Shown: positions 1 to 8,470 of the stretch, piece by piece
How the letters are laid out: every line of letters begins with the position of its first letter
Numbering within the stretch: position 1 is the first letter of the stretch
Assembly (NCBI GenBank): GCA_964431435.1
Contig: CAYSJV010000003.1
Location: 1-46,803, forward strand
Origin: an uncultured Candidatus Poseidoniales archaeon
Lineage (GTDB): Archaea > Thermoplasmatota > Poseidoniia > Poseidoniales > Poseidoniaceae
Direction of reading: 5' to 3'
Length of the DNA: 46,803 bases
Notes under the pieces: model-generated
Told to the model about the DNA's origin: nothing
Databases searched by the model: none
The model's input: only the letters and a program-made list of their open reading frames with translations
Position numbers and translations under genes: made by a program

Positions 1-636
1 GGAGATATCGCTCCCCTTGACAAAATAACATCTCTTGCTGAAGAATATGGAGCAATGGTGTACGTGGATGATTGTCACGGAGAAGGAGTTCTAGGTGATG
101 GAGGGAGAGGTATTGTAGATCACTTTAAATTACAAGGGAAAGTAGACTTTGAAGTTGGTTCTTTTTCTAAAGCACTTGGAGTTCAAGGTGGAATCTTAGC
201 AGGTAGTAACGAGACAAGAACTCATGCTTTGAATCACAGTAGATCGTGGTTGCTTTCGGGCAGTCAACCACCTGGTGTGGCCGCTGCTCAAAAAGCTGCC
301 ATAGATGTACTAATAGAAGAGCCAGAACACCATGCAAATTTGTGGAATAATACTAAAAGATTCAGGGATGAGATGAATTCTTTAGGCTTTGACACAGGAG
401 TTTCAGAGACTCCAATTGTACCAGTTATGTGTGGTGAGTCTCATGTTGCAAAATCTCTTTCATCTGAATTAGCAAAAAGAGGAGTGATGGCATTACCGAT
501 TGTATTCCCAATGGTAGCGAGAGATAAAGCTAGAATCAGGTGCATGATTTCAGCTGGACTTACTGATGAAGATTTGGATGAAGTAATTCTTGCATTTGCA
601 GAATCTGGCCGTAAATTGGGTCTGATAAAAGGATAA
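1..636 (+). CDS. Alpha-oxoamine synthase family PLP enzyme (glycine C-acetyltransferase Kbl / 8-amino-7-oxononanoate synthase BioF-like), C-terminal part, 5' end cut by window edge
   Basis: The frame is open from base 1 (GDIAPLDKITSLAEEYGAMVYVDDCHGEG...). It carries the PLP-lysine motif GSFSKALGVQGG and the C-terminal PIVPVMCGE...ARIRCMISAGLTDEDLD pattern typical of Kbl/BioF. Confidence 0.85.
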   Translation, partial: GDIAPLDKITSLAEEYGAMVYVDDCHGEGVLGDGGRGIVDHFKLQGKVDFEVGSFSKALGVQGGILAGSNETRTHALNHSRSWLLSGSQPPGVAAAQKAAIDVLIEEPEHHANLWNNTKRFRDEMNSLGFDTGVSETPIVPVMCGESHVAKSLSSELAKRGVMALPIVFPMVARDKARIRCMISAGLTDEDLDEVILAFAESGRKLGLIKG

Positions 637-1254
637 CTAGAATTCAGATTCTAGTTCTTCCACTGCTTGTTCTAAATCAGCGTCATCGTATCCGCTTTCA
701 TTTCTTGTAGATTCTAATTGTTGTTCAGTAAATGGTTCAATACCTTCTTCCAACATGACCAACATCCTCCACCTTGGTGCCCAAGATAAATGCACATATA
801 TTGGACCAGGTACTACCAGAAAAATGAAGCCTATGTTTAATATCCATTCATAATTATCAAAAAAGGACATAGATAATTGTGCACTTATCAGTATCAATCC
901 GAGAAATGGTAATCTATACAAGAATTTGCGTGGCGATTGAATAGGTAATCTTTTTGTTATTTTTATTATAAATAATGATAGTTGTCCTAAGAGAGAAAGT
1001 AATAGCATTAGTATTGCCAAGAAAATACCCCATATACTTAACCAATCAGAGAAAATCCATTTTGCCTCGTAACCAATTGGCAAAAATAATCCTAATGAGA
1101 TTAAAAATGCATAAAATGCAGAAATAATTGCTGGATGAGATAACGAAGATGGTAGTTTTGAAAACCTCTGTGACAAACTACCTCCATAAAGTAATTCACG
1201 TTGCTCTATTGTCAACTCACTTAGACGGTTTTGGTACATATCAGCACCTTTCAT
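637..1254 (-). CDS. Hypothetical multi-pass membrane protein with acidic C-terminus
   Basis: 205-aa ORF with several long hydrophobic segments and an acidic tail (...DDADLEQAVEELESEF). I recognise no family. Confidence 0.55.
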   Translation of the reverse strand: MKGADMYQNRLSELTIEQRELLYGGSLSQRFSKLPSSLSHPAIISAFYAFLISLGLFLPIGYEAKWIFSDWLSIWGIFLAILMLLLSLLGQLSLFIIKITKRLPIQSPRKFLYRLPFLGLILISAQLSMSFFDNYEWILNIGFIFLVVPGPIYVHLSWAPRWRMLVMLEEGIEPFTEQQLESTRNESGYDDADLEQAVEELESEF

Positions 1255-1332
1255 GAATAAGGGGGTATATCGGTCACGGTTATGTGTTACTATGAAATTT
1301 TATCAATAAATAGAATATTTATACCAATCTAC

Positions 1333-2019
1333 TTATTCCAACTCATCATCCCCATCTGAGTCTAATCTTCCAGTTATTTTCCTTGCAAGAGCACCCAATT
1401 GTACATCGAATTGACCAGGTTCAACTGATCCCCACTCTCGATCAAGTAATTGTGATTCTTCATATTCTCTTTCTCTTGACTTTTCAAAAGGATCTGTAGT
1501 ACCGGGGCCTCTATTTTGCGCATCCCTCAATGCTAAAGCCATATTTATCAATTCAATTAATTCAGAACTATTGGTATTACTAACATCACTTTCATTCCAA
1601 TACCCTATTTTTTCTTCATCATTTGTATTTAACATCAAAGAGATACGAGGAGAATCATCGCTAGAAAGTTTCCACAGCCTACCTTCAAGAGGAAGTATAA
1701 TCCAAGTTTTATCCGACAAAAAAATAGCAACGCCACATTCTCCATGAGATTCTGTACCTTCAAACCATGGATGTGCAGTACCAACAGCAATCCACTGCTG
1801 TAACCCCCAAAATCTAAGTTTCATAGAATATACCATCATTAAAGATAATGAAAGTGTAAAACATATTGCAAACAGATAATGATATTTCATAACAAATAGA
1901 ACCGTCACTCCTGTTGCTACAAAAGTTAAAGCCAAATTCCCCCACAACTGCTTGATTTTTTGTTGACCCACAGTAAGTTTTGAAAAAGGAATGTAACCAT
2001 CGGGAGGGGGCACTGCCAT
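1333..2019 (-). CDS. Hypothetical membrane protein (2 TM helices plus soluble acidic C-terminal domain)
   Basis: The ORF is open to 2256. Upstream of Met80 (ATG at 2019) the translation is Cys-rich and odd-looking, and it overlaps the divergent gene starting at 2138. From MAVPPPDGYIPF... onward the composition looks normal. Alternative starts are at 2133 and 2109. Confidence 0.5.
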   Translation of the reverse strand: MAVPPPDGYIPFSKLTVGQQKIKQLWGNLALTFVATGVTVLFVMKYHYLFAICFTLSLSLMMVYSMKLRFWGLQQWIAVGTAHPWFEGTESHGECGVAIFLSDKTWIILPLEGRLWKLSSDDSPRISLMLNTNDEEKIGYWNESDVSNTNSSELIELINMALALRDAQNRGPGTTDPFEKSREREYEESQLLDREWGSVEPGQFDVQLGALARKITGRLDSDGDDELE

Positions 2020-2137
2020 GCTGTGGGATAAGGTGCATGCGTAGATATATTCTACTCTGGAAAAACAATTATTTCTCCAAAGTTGAAGGAATGAACAATA
2101 AATATCCATTGAATTCAATAGTGTAAACAGCATTTGA

Positions 2138-3493
2138 ATGTATAAGGTGAGTGACTTGGAGGATGGAGAGTCTAGCAAGTGGTGGGAGAATAATAGAAAA
2201 TGGGTCTCCTCTTCAAAAGATGTAGAACCACTTCCTGAAATGAGAACTCGCGTCAAAGCACCATCACAAGTCAGAGCACGTGCAACAGCGGCTCAGAATC
2301 GTTTTTCACAGGGTGAAAAGTTTGTACTAAATGCTAGAAGTGCGATATTGTTTGATTTACCGCAAACATCGGAATTATACAAATTAGCATCAAAACTTTA
2401 CGAAATGGGCCACCCACTTTTGGTTGTAAGTAGAATTCCTTCAACCCATCTAGAAGAACTTCACAATATACCTCAGGAAAATTGTAAATGGCTTACAGAA
2501 TCAGTTGAAAACAAAAATAGCCTTGGTTCTGCATTGGAACCACTAGTCAGATTGGTTGAGGATTTCATTAATACAAATGAACGAGCTGTGATTATGTTAG
2601 ATGGATTAGAATTTCTAGCAAGTGTAAATGGGTTTGTAAGAACATTAGATTTTGTAAGAGATATTGTTGATTATATAACTGAAGATGATGATCTATTGAT
2701 AATACCTACTGACATGCTAGCGTGGACTCAACAAGAAAGAACAAATATACTTCGGGAATTAGAATTAATTGACGTAAATACACTGAAACATTGGTTGGAG
2801 AATCCACAGGAAATTGAAGAACACCCATTCCATGCTCCTGACATAATAAAGGAAGAAATAATTAACAAAAAAATAAACAAGATTCTTTCTAAAGCCACAG
2901 AAAGTCTGAATGCGCAGAAGATTAATCTAGAGGTGGAAGGTTCTAGTGGAAACCTAAATATTGATTCTACAAATCAACTACATCTCGGTCAAATTGCAGA
3001 AGAATGGGCTGATGAAGTACGTATTGAAAATGAGCACATTGAAATTCAGCAAAATGAGATTGTGGATAAAATTGAAGATACTGATAAAGATTGGTCACCT
3101 ACCTTTGTCACTCCAGTACAAGAGAGTGAAATTACAGTTACAGAAGATATTTTAGTTCAGAAGAAAGTTTACGAAAAAGGTGGACCAAGAAGGCCGAATA
3201 TCATTAAATCAAAAAAGAAAGTTTTGCCTAAGCCTGCAATGGAAAAAGAGGCGCTCCCCAGAAAGAAACAATGGGAAGAGGCTGCAAATAAATCCACAGA
3301 AATATCTGGTGAAATAATCTCTGATAAAGAAAGTAAAAGGTTGATTAGACAAACAGGGTTAGCAAACATGTCAAAAAATAATACAGTAAAGACAATTGAG
3401 GAAGATTCTGATCCAATAAACCTTGTAATCAAAAAAATGTCATGGGATGCCGCTGCGGAACATGCAAAAAAAAGAGGGAAGAATGTCAGATAA
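2138..3493 (+). CDS. DUF835-domain protein with long Glu/Lys-rich C-terminal extension
   Basis: The core ...GHPLLVVSRIPSTHLEE...KWLTES...ERAVIMLDGLEFLASVNGFVRTLDFVRDIVDYI...LLIIPTD matches the archaeal DUF835 pattern (LDGLEYL...). The C-terminal ~200 aa are charged low complexity. The start could instead be the ATG at 2240. Confidence 0.7.
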   Translation: MYKVSDLEDGESSKWWENNRKWVSSSKDVEPLPEMRTRVKAPSQVRARATAAQNRFSQGEKFVLNARSAILFDLPQTSELYKLASKLYEMGHPLLVVSRIPSTHLEELHNIPQENCKWLTESVENKNSLGSALEPLVRLVEDFINTNERAVIMLDGLEFLASVNGFVRTLDFVRDIVDYITEDDDLLIIPTDMLAWTQQERTNILRELELIDVNTLKHWLENPQEIEEHPFHAPDIIKEEIINKKINKILSKATESLNAQKINLEVEGSSGNLNIDSTNQLHLGQIAEEWADEVRIENEHIEIQQNEIVDKIEDTDKDWSPTFVTPVQESEITVTEDILVQKKVYEKGGPRRPNIIKSKKKVLPKPAMEKEALPRKKQWEEAANKSTEISGEIISDKESKRLIRQTGLANMSKNNTVKTIEEDSDPINLVIKKMSWDAAAEHAKKRGKNVR

Positions 3494-3532
3494 CCCAGAA
3501 TTCACTCTAAAAAAACTCCATCATGAATCAAC

Positions 3533-5446
3533 TTGATTATTACCCTCGCCGATAATGGCACAGTCAAGCAAGGTGAGAATTTGAGTGAACGACGTCCATC
3601 AAAATTGACTGATGCCGTTACTAAAAGTCGAATTCTATTAGGCAGTTCTGCTCCCGAAGAAAAGGTTCAAAAAAAGAGTTTTGAATTTAGAAAAAAGAAA
3701 TCGATAGTGGAATTAACTAAAACTGAAAGAAGGCCCGTCTTCGAAAGAATTATCGAACCAATCTTAGACGATAATAAACCAAAAATTGAACGGGTCACAT
3801 TGAATGAAACTAGATTAAAGGACGAAAAATCAAATCGTTTTTTATTTAATGTATTAGGGGATAATCCGATTGAAGAAAGAGTTATTCTTAGCGATAAACC
3901 GATTTGGAGAGAGGTACTAGACGAGCATAGAAGTCAACTATCAAAAAGAACTGTTAGTGAACGTATACAACAAGAACAAATTTCGGATTATAGGTTAAGA
4001 GGAGAAAAAAATTGGCCAAATGAATTACCTTCAAACAAAAATTATACTTATTTGAATTGGATTATTTGTTCTGAAAATATCCAGGCAACCAAATTAACAG
4101 AGGAAATAATAGAACATGCAGGATACCGGTTTAATCCTGTACTAATTATGGGTCAACAATCAACGGGGAAAAGCCATCTTTCTTGGGCAATTGGACAAGC
4201 AATTCAACGTATACATGGAAAATCGTCAGTACGGCTAATTTCATGTTCAACATTCAATATAAGTGATACATCAAATAATGAATGGAGTGATACATTAACA
4301 CTTTCAAAAGCCCTAATCATCGAGAATCTAGATATGATTTTTGAAAATGATGAAGCGTGCTTAGAGTTATCAAAAATAGTAGAATGGGCATTGAATATTG
4401 GGGTTCAAGTCATACTAACATGTGAAGATATTTCTATTGATGATTTTCCAAAAGGCAAACTTCTGGATGTGCTTTCATCTGCAGTCAGATGCCAACTTAA
4501 TCAGTATTCAAAATTCAGTTTAATTACAATGCTACGATCTCTAGCTACAAAAAGAAATGTTTTGATAAGTGACAATGCAATAGAAGGTATTGTAGATACA
4601 AGTGATGGGAAATGGCCTTCCTGTTCTTCAATATTTGAATCAGTATGTATGGCACTTGAATCAGGTGCAAGTGTTGAATCGAAAAATGATGTCGAATCTA
4701 TAATAGAGGGAAGGCCTCATTCTCTTTATATTTCGTCTGATGAAGATAAGATAGCAAGTTATGATGATGATTTAGCACGTCAAATAGGTAAAGCAGCGAT
4801 TCAAAAAATAATAAGCAGTAAAGAACATTCTGAAGGGTATATCGAAGAGATGTTTGATGATATTGCCGAAGATGAATTATTCAAACGCCCCTTAGTCACT
4901 AACTCTGGAGAAGCTTGGTTTGGTGGAGAACTACCCTCAAAAATATCTTCAAAAGTTAAAGGGGATCTAGAATCATTATCTCAAGATGCCTTGGATACAA
5001 TGGTTGACATTGGTGTAAATTTTGAAGACCGAGCGTCAAAATTAAAAGAAATTGAAAATGAAATGATTGAAATTTCATATCTAATTGAAAATTCTGATAC
5101 AACAGAATTACTAGCCCTAGCAGATCGACTAATTCAATTAGATTCAGAATTATCACAACTAAAATTCAATTCAAGTTTTCCAGAGGAAAATGAGTTAGAT
5201 GAGTATATTCCTGATGGGGAATGGAATATTGATGAAGATGATGTGAGCGTTGAGGAACTACTTGACCTGAAAGAAGATGAACCTAAATTAAAACGTAAGG
5301 CAAAAAGAAGAAAGGCAAAAAGAAAGGCGAAAAAAGATTCTAAAAAAACAAAAAGAAACATACTGATACCTGTTGAAAATTCTGACTTACTTAAATCGGA
5401 AATAAAAGTTATGAAAACATTAGTTCCTACAGCAGAAGAGGAGTAG
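3533..5446 (+). CDS. DnaA/Hda-like AAA+ domain protein (degenerate), acidic coiled-coil region and poly-basic patch
   Basis: Walker A reads NPVLIMGQQSTGKSHL (nt 4151-4174). The Walker B-like stretch ALIIENLD (nt 4310-4333) is followed by ...LELSKIVEWALNIGVQVILTCE, resembling DnaA domain III. The first 205 codons contain no ATG, so the start must be TTG at 3533 or another non-ATG codon. Confidence 0.65.
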   Translation: MIITLADNGTVKQGENLSERRPSKLTDAVTKSRILLGSSAPEEKVQKKSFEFRKKKSIVELTKTERRPVFERIIEPILDDNKPKIERVTLNETRLKDEKSNRFLFNVLGDNPIEERVILSDKPIWREVLDEHRSQLSKRTVSERIQQEQISDYRLRGEKNWPNELPSNKNYTYLNWIICSENIQATKLTEEIIEHAGYRFNPVLIMGQQSTGKSHLSWAIGQAIQRIHGKSSVRLISCSTFNISDTSNNEWSDTLTLSKALIIENLDMIFENDEACLELSKIVEWALNIGVQVILTCEDISIDDFPKGKLLDVLSSAVRCQLNQYSKFSLITMLRSLATKRNVLISDNAIEGIVDTSDGKWPSCSSIFESVCMALESGASVESKNDVESIIEGRPHSLYISSDEDKIASYDDDLARQIGKAAIQKIISSKEHSEGYIEEMFDDIAEDELFKRPLVTNSGEAWFGGELPSKISSKVKGDLESLSQDALDTMVDIGVNFEDRASKLKEIENEMIEISYLIENSDTTELLALADRLIQLDSELSQLKFNSSFPEENELDEYIPDGEWNIDEDDVSVEELLDLKEDEPKLKRKAKRRKAKRKAKKDSKKTKRNILIPVENSDLLKSEIKVMKTLVPTAEEE

Positions 5447-5452
5447 TTGCTG

Positions 5453-5956
5453 ATGAAAAATAATCTCAAAAAAGAGATACAAGACAATCAGTTAGAAGAA
5501 TGGTGGTCTGACGGCTTAAATTTCACATGTATTCCTAGTTGTGGGAGATGTTGTAATGAACCAGATGGACTGGTATTTCTCTCCATAAAAGATGCAGAAA
5601 ATCTATCTAAATTTCACAACATGGAAGTAAATGAGTGGATTGAAAGGGATTGTAAGAGGTATAGAGATGGTAGAATTGTGTTGAAGAGTAATCATTCGGA
5701 TGGAATATGCATTTACCTGTCGAATGACATGAGTTGTAATGTTTATGAATCTAAACCCACTCAATGTTCTGCATTCCCGTGGTGGAAAGAGAATTTAAAA
5801 AACGAATATACTTGGGAAAAAACAAAGAAAATGTGCCCAGGAATAGATTTCGAAAACGCACCAATTGTCACCTCTGAGAATATTGCGAAATGGGTAAATG
5901 CAGATATCAAATCAACAAAAGGATTTAGAAAATATATTGAAAAAAAAGATAGATAA
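5453..5956 (+). CDS. YkgJ / CxxCxxCC-family putative Fe-S or Zn cluster protein
   Basis: The motifs CIPSCGRCCNEPDG...CIYL...CNVYESKPTQCSAFPWW fit the UPF0153/YkgJ cysteine pattern. The ATG at 5453 is preceded by GAGGAG at 5438-5443. Confidence 0.7.
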   Translation: MKNNLKKEIQDNQLEEWWSDGLNFTCIPSCGRCCNEPDGLVFLSIKDAENLSKFHNMEVNEWIERDCKRYRDGRIVLKSNHSDGICIYLSNDMSCNVYESKPTQCSAFPWWKENLKNEYTWEKTKKMCPGIDFENAPIVTSENIAKWVNADIKSTKGFRKYIEKKDR

Positions 5957-6014
5957 ATAAGGTCGTTGCACTTATACCATTAATGTATCTGGGGCAATAG
6001 TAGGTGGACTTCAT

Positions 6015-7181
6015 ATGGACGAATCTGATGAAGAATTATTCAAAATTCATCGCTCACATTTGAACACGGGATTACGTGGAATTCCTGTGGGAACATGTAG
6101 AACAAGTTTTGTTGATCCTATGAAGGGAGTGCATTACGTAGGCTACCCTGTATCTGATTTGGCCAATTTAGATCCTGAAGATATAGTATATCTTTTATTT
6201 GAAAAAAGGCTGCCTAATCTACAAGAGTCTCGGGATTTCAGAAAAGATTTAGCACACCGTGCCACTCTTCCTGGTGGTGCTCTTAGAGTTCTAGAATCGT
6301 TGACTGCCGGAACCGGACATCCGATGGATTGGCTATCGATTGGAATACAGGCTCTAGGGATTGCAGAAACTACAGGTTCACCTCGAGATGATGGGTTAAA
6401 CTTGATTGCAAGAATGCCTGAATTAATGGCTACAATCTTTAGATTAAGAGGCGGAAGAAGTTTACCAAAAGCCAGTAATCCCGAATTAGGTATGGTAGAG
6501 AATTTTGTGCAAATGCTAGGAATGGAGGATACTGATGTTCTGAATATGACCAAAGTATTGAGAGTCTTTTTGATATTACATATGGACCATGGGGGTGGTA
6601 ATTTGTCTACATTTGCGGGTAAAGCTGTTGCAAGTGGTAGAGCCAGTATTTATTCATCTATTTCATCTGCAATGAATGCATTATCTGGACCATTACATGG
6701 ACGAGCAAATCAATCCTGTCTAGAATTTGTACAAAGAATTGAAAATTCGGACCAGGAGTCAATTGAAAAGTTTGTCAGAGCAGAATTAGATGCAGGTAGA
6801 CCAATCTATGGATTTGGGCATGCAGTTCTCCGTGCTGAAGATCCAAGAGCAACCATTCAATTTGGTCTAGGAGAAACGGTTTGTCCTAATGATTCAAATT
6901 ATAAAGTTATCAAAACATTAAGAAAAGTTGTTCCTAGTATATTGAAAGAAAATCCCAAAATAAGCAATCCTAATGCAAATGTGGATATTGCTTCAGGAAC
7001 ACTACTTCATGCAGTAGGGTTTAGAAAACCAGAATATTATACAACATTTTTTGGATGGGCGAGAGTAGTAGGTATATGTGCTCAGATTATAGATGAACGA
7101 AACGCTCGAGGAGGTCGTGGAACACCAATATATCGTCCGAAATTTATCGCAGATAATCCTGAAGTTAGAAGATTAGAATAA
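6015..7181 (+). CDS. gltA: Citrate synthase (or 2-methylcitrate synthase)
   Basis: Signature motifs LILHMDHGGGNLST, SGPLHGRANQ and GFGHAVLRAEDPRA, with a length typical of the small type of citrate synthase. Confidence 0.9.
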   Translation: MDESDEELFKIHRSHLNTGLRGIPVGTCRTSFVDPMKGVHYVGYPVSDLANLDPEDIVYLLFEKRLPNLQESRDFRKDLAHRATLPGGALRVLESLTAGTGHPMDWLSIGIQALGIAETTGSPRDDGLNLIARMPELMATIFRLRGGRSLPKASNPELGMVENFVQMLGMEDTDVLNMTKVLRVFLILHMDHGGGNLSTFAGKAVASGRASIYSSISSAMNALSGPLHGRANQSCLEFVQRIENSDQESIEKFVRAELDAGRPIYGFGHAVLRAEDPRATIQFGLGETVCPNDSNYKVIKTLRKVVPSILKENPKISNPNANVDIASGTLLHAVGFRKPEYYTTFFGWARVVGICAQIIDERNARGGRGTPIYRPKFIADNPEVRRLE

Positions 7182-7187
7182 TTATTG

Positions 7188-8345
7188 TCAATGCCTTCTA
7201 CTGATTCCTGCACCTCGATGTGCGATCATTCTTACAACCTCCCAAGGAATTATATTTTCATTAGATTTATCAAGCATCAAATTGGAGTCTTTGCTCCAAT
7301 AGCCATCCTTTTTCCATAATTCTAGTTGGGCGATTTTCTCAGATCGTGACAATTCCTGCCAAGATGGCAAATTCGTTTCAGCTTCTTTAATGATAGATGC
7401 ATGATTTGTTTTCTCTGCATCTTTGAAAATCATTTGATACTCTTCATTTATGGGTTGAGTAGCCGGTCTTTGCCACCTTAATTCACCAGTTGGTAATGTA
7501 CTAATTTCATCACCAACATTGTCTGAGATACAAGTGATTCCAGCATTGAGCATTGAATGTTCTAACTCTAGTGGGCTAGACCAAACAAATATTGGATAAC
7601 CGCTACGATATCGAGTTAGACGTTCTAAACCAGTTCCATGTAATGCTACTGATCTACCGAATCTAACTTTATTTGTTGGAAATGTGAAATATTCAATTCC
7701 ACATCCAATAATTGGTGATTCTCTTCGATGTGCGCTTCTTGCCAAAGATGACAAAGTACTTGATGCGAATCCAGGTAAAGCAACTAATCTTTGGATATTG
7801 CTCGTCCCCCACTGCCTGACATGTGGCTCTAGTTTTGCAGTTAGAATTTTAGTTCCGGATGATTTTGCTGCTTGGGATATCTTTGGATAAAATGAAAAAA
7901 TGATTGAATTTGAAGCAGTCAAATCCTTTTCCTCAATTTGAATACTCAATTTATTACACATTTTTTTTACATAATTAAATGCGGATTTACCTCTCCTCCA
8001 ACCACCTGCTAATCCTGAACGAGGATGTGGTAATTTGATCTCAAAACAAACTAACTTCGAAGAATCCGTCCACAGGTTCGAAAAATCACTATCCGAAAGC
8101 AAATCATCCAATTTGAAAAAACCGGCTTTCTTCAAATCATCACTGCTGTTATTTTCAGTCCATTTTTTGTATCCATTTTGCACCGGGTTGTCTATCATCA
8201 AGGTTGTATCGTGGTGTAGTACAAGTTCACCATCTGTGCACATTCTCAAATCTAATTCTATACCATCCATATTTGAAATACCAAATTTAAGTGCTTCAAC
8301 ACTATTTTCTAGTAATGATGTAGTAGTAGACTTATTTGTTGGCAT
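7188..8345 (-). CDS. Glycerophosphodiester phosphodiesterase (GDPD) family protein, apparently circularly permuted
   Basis: The N-terminus has ENSVEALKFGISNMDGIELDLRMCTDGELVLHHD and then LVCFEIKLP (GDPD motifs). The canonical first-strand motif IAHRGAG lies at the extreme C-terminus (nt about 7191-7235). Confidence 0.7.
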   Translation of the reverse strand: MPTNKSTTTSLLENSVEALKFGISNMDGIELDLRMCTDGELVLHHDTTLMIDNPVQNGYKKWTENNSSDDLKKAGFFKLDDLLSDSDFSNLWTDSSKLVCFEIKLPHPRSGLAGGWRRGKSAFNYVKKMCNKLSIQIEEKDLTASNSIIFSFYPKISQAAKSSGTKILTAKLEPHVRQWGTSNIQRLVALPGFASSTLSSLARSAHRRESPIIGCGIEYFTFPTNKVRFGRSVALHGTGLERLTRYRSGYPIFVWSSPLELEHSMLNAGITCISDNVGDEISTLPTGELRWQRPATQPINEEYQMIFKDAEKTNHASIIKEAETNLPSWQELSRSEKIAQLELWKKDGYWSKDSNLMLDKSNENIIPWEVVRMIAHRGAGISRRH

Positions 8346-8470
8346 ATACTTCTCCGACCTAACTACGGCTCACATTTATTGTTTTTCAAAACAACCTTAT
8401 CTCAAGGAGATATATATGGGTTAATACTCTTAACCCGTCATCGCACGTGAGTCGCTAGTGAGAAGGTAAC

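Noticed and set aside
2165-2185. The peptide GE(S/P)SKWW is shared between the DUF835 protein N-terminus and the 4-TM protein (nt 18887-18907).
   Set aside because: It is a single 6-of-7 match between two positions among roughly 15,000 residues. By rough estimate that is within chance expectation, and there is no supporting context.
2020-2256. The N-terminal extension of ORF 1333..2256 (and the nested ORF 1814..2068) overlaps the divergent gene starting at 2138.
   Set aside because: The extension is Cys/Phe/Leu-rich and does not look protein-like, and 5'-5' overlap of divergent genes would leave no promoter space. I placed the start at Met80 (2019). This remains uncertain.
3491-3535. The DUF835 ORF (2138..3493) and the DnaA-like ORF (3533..5446) are in the same reading frame, which raised the idea of a single fused protein made by stop-codon readthrough, or of a sequencing error.
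   Set aside because: Two in-frame stops separate them (TAA 3491-3493 and TGA 3524-3526), so single-stop readthrough cannot join them. I treat them as separate genes.
3971-3994. A PIP-box-like peptide QEQISDYR in the DnaA-like protein would suggest an Hda-like clamp (PCNA) interaction.
   Set aside because: It lacks the second aromatic residue of the Qxx[LIM]xx[FY][FYW] consensus and is internal, in a charged low-complexity region. The evidence is too weak to claim.
5435-5446. The -EEE tails might be a by-product of purine-rich Shine-Dalgarno sequences (GAAGAGGAG) for downstream genes rather than a protein-level signal.
   Set aside because: This explanation fits only here, with GAGGAG 9 nt before the ykgJ-like ATG. 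The other -EEE/-DDD genes are followed by convergent genes or by gaps of about 30 nt or more, so I kept the protein-level finding.
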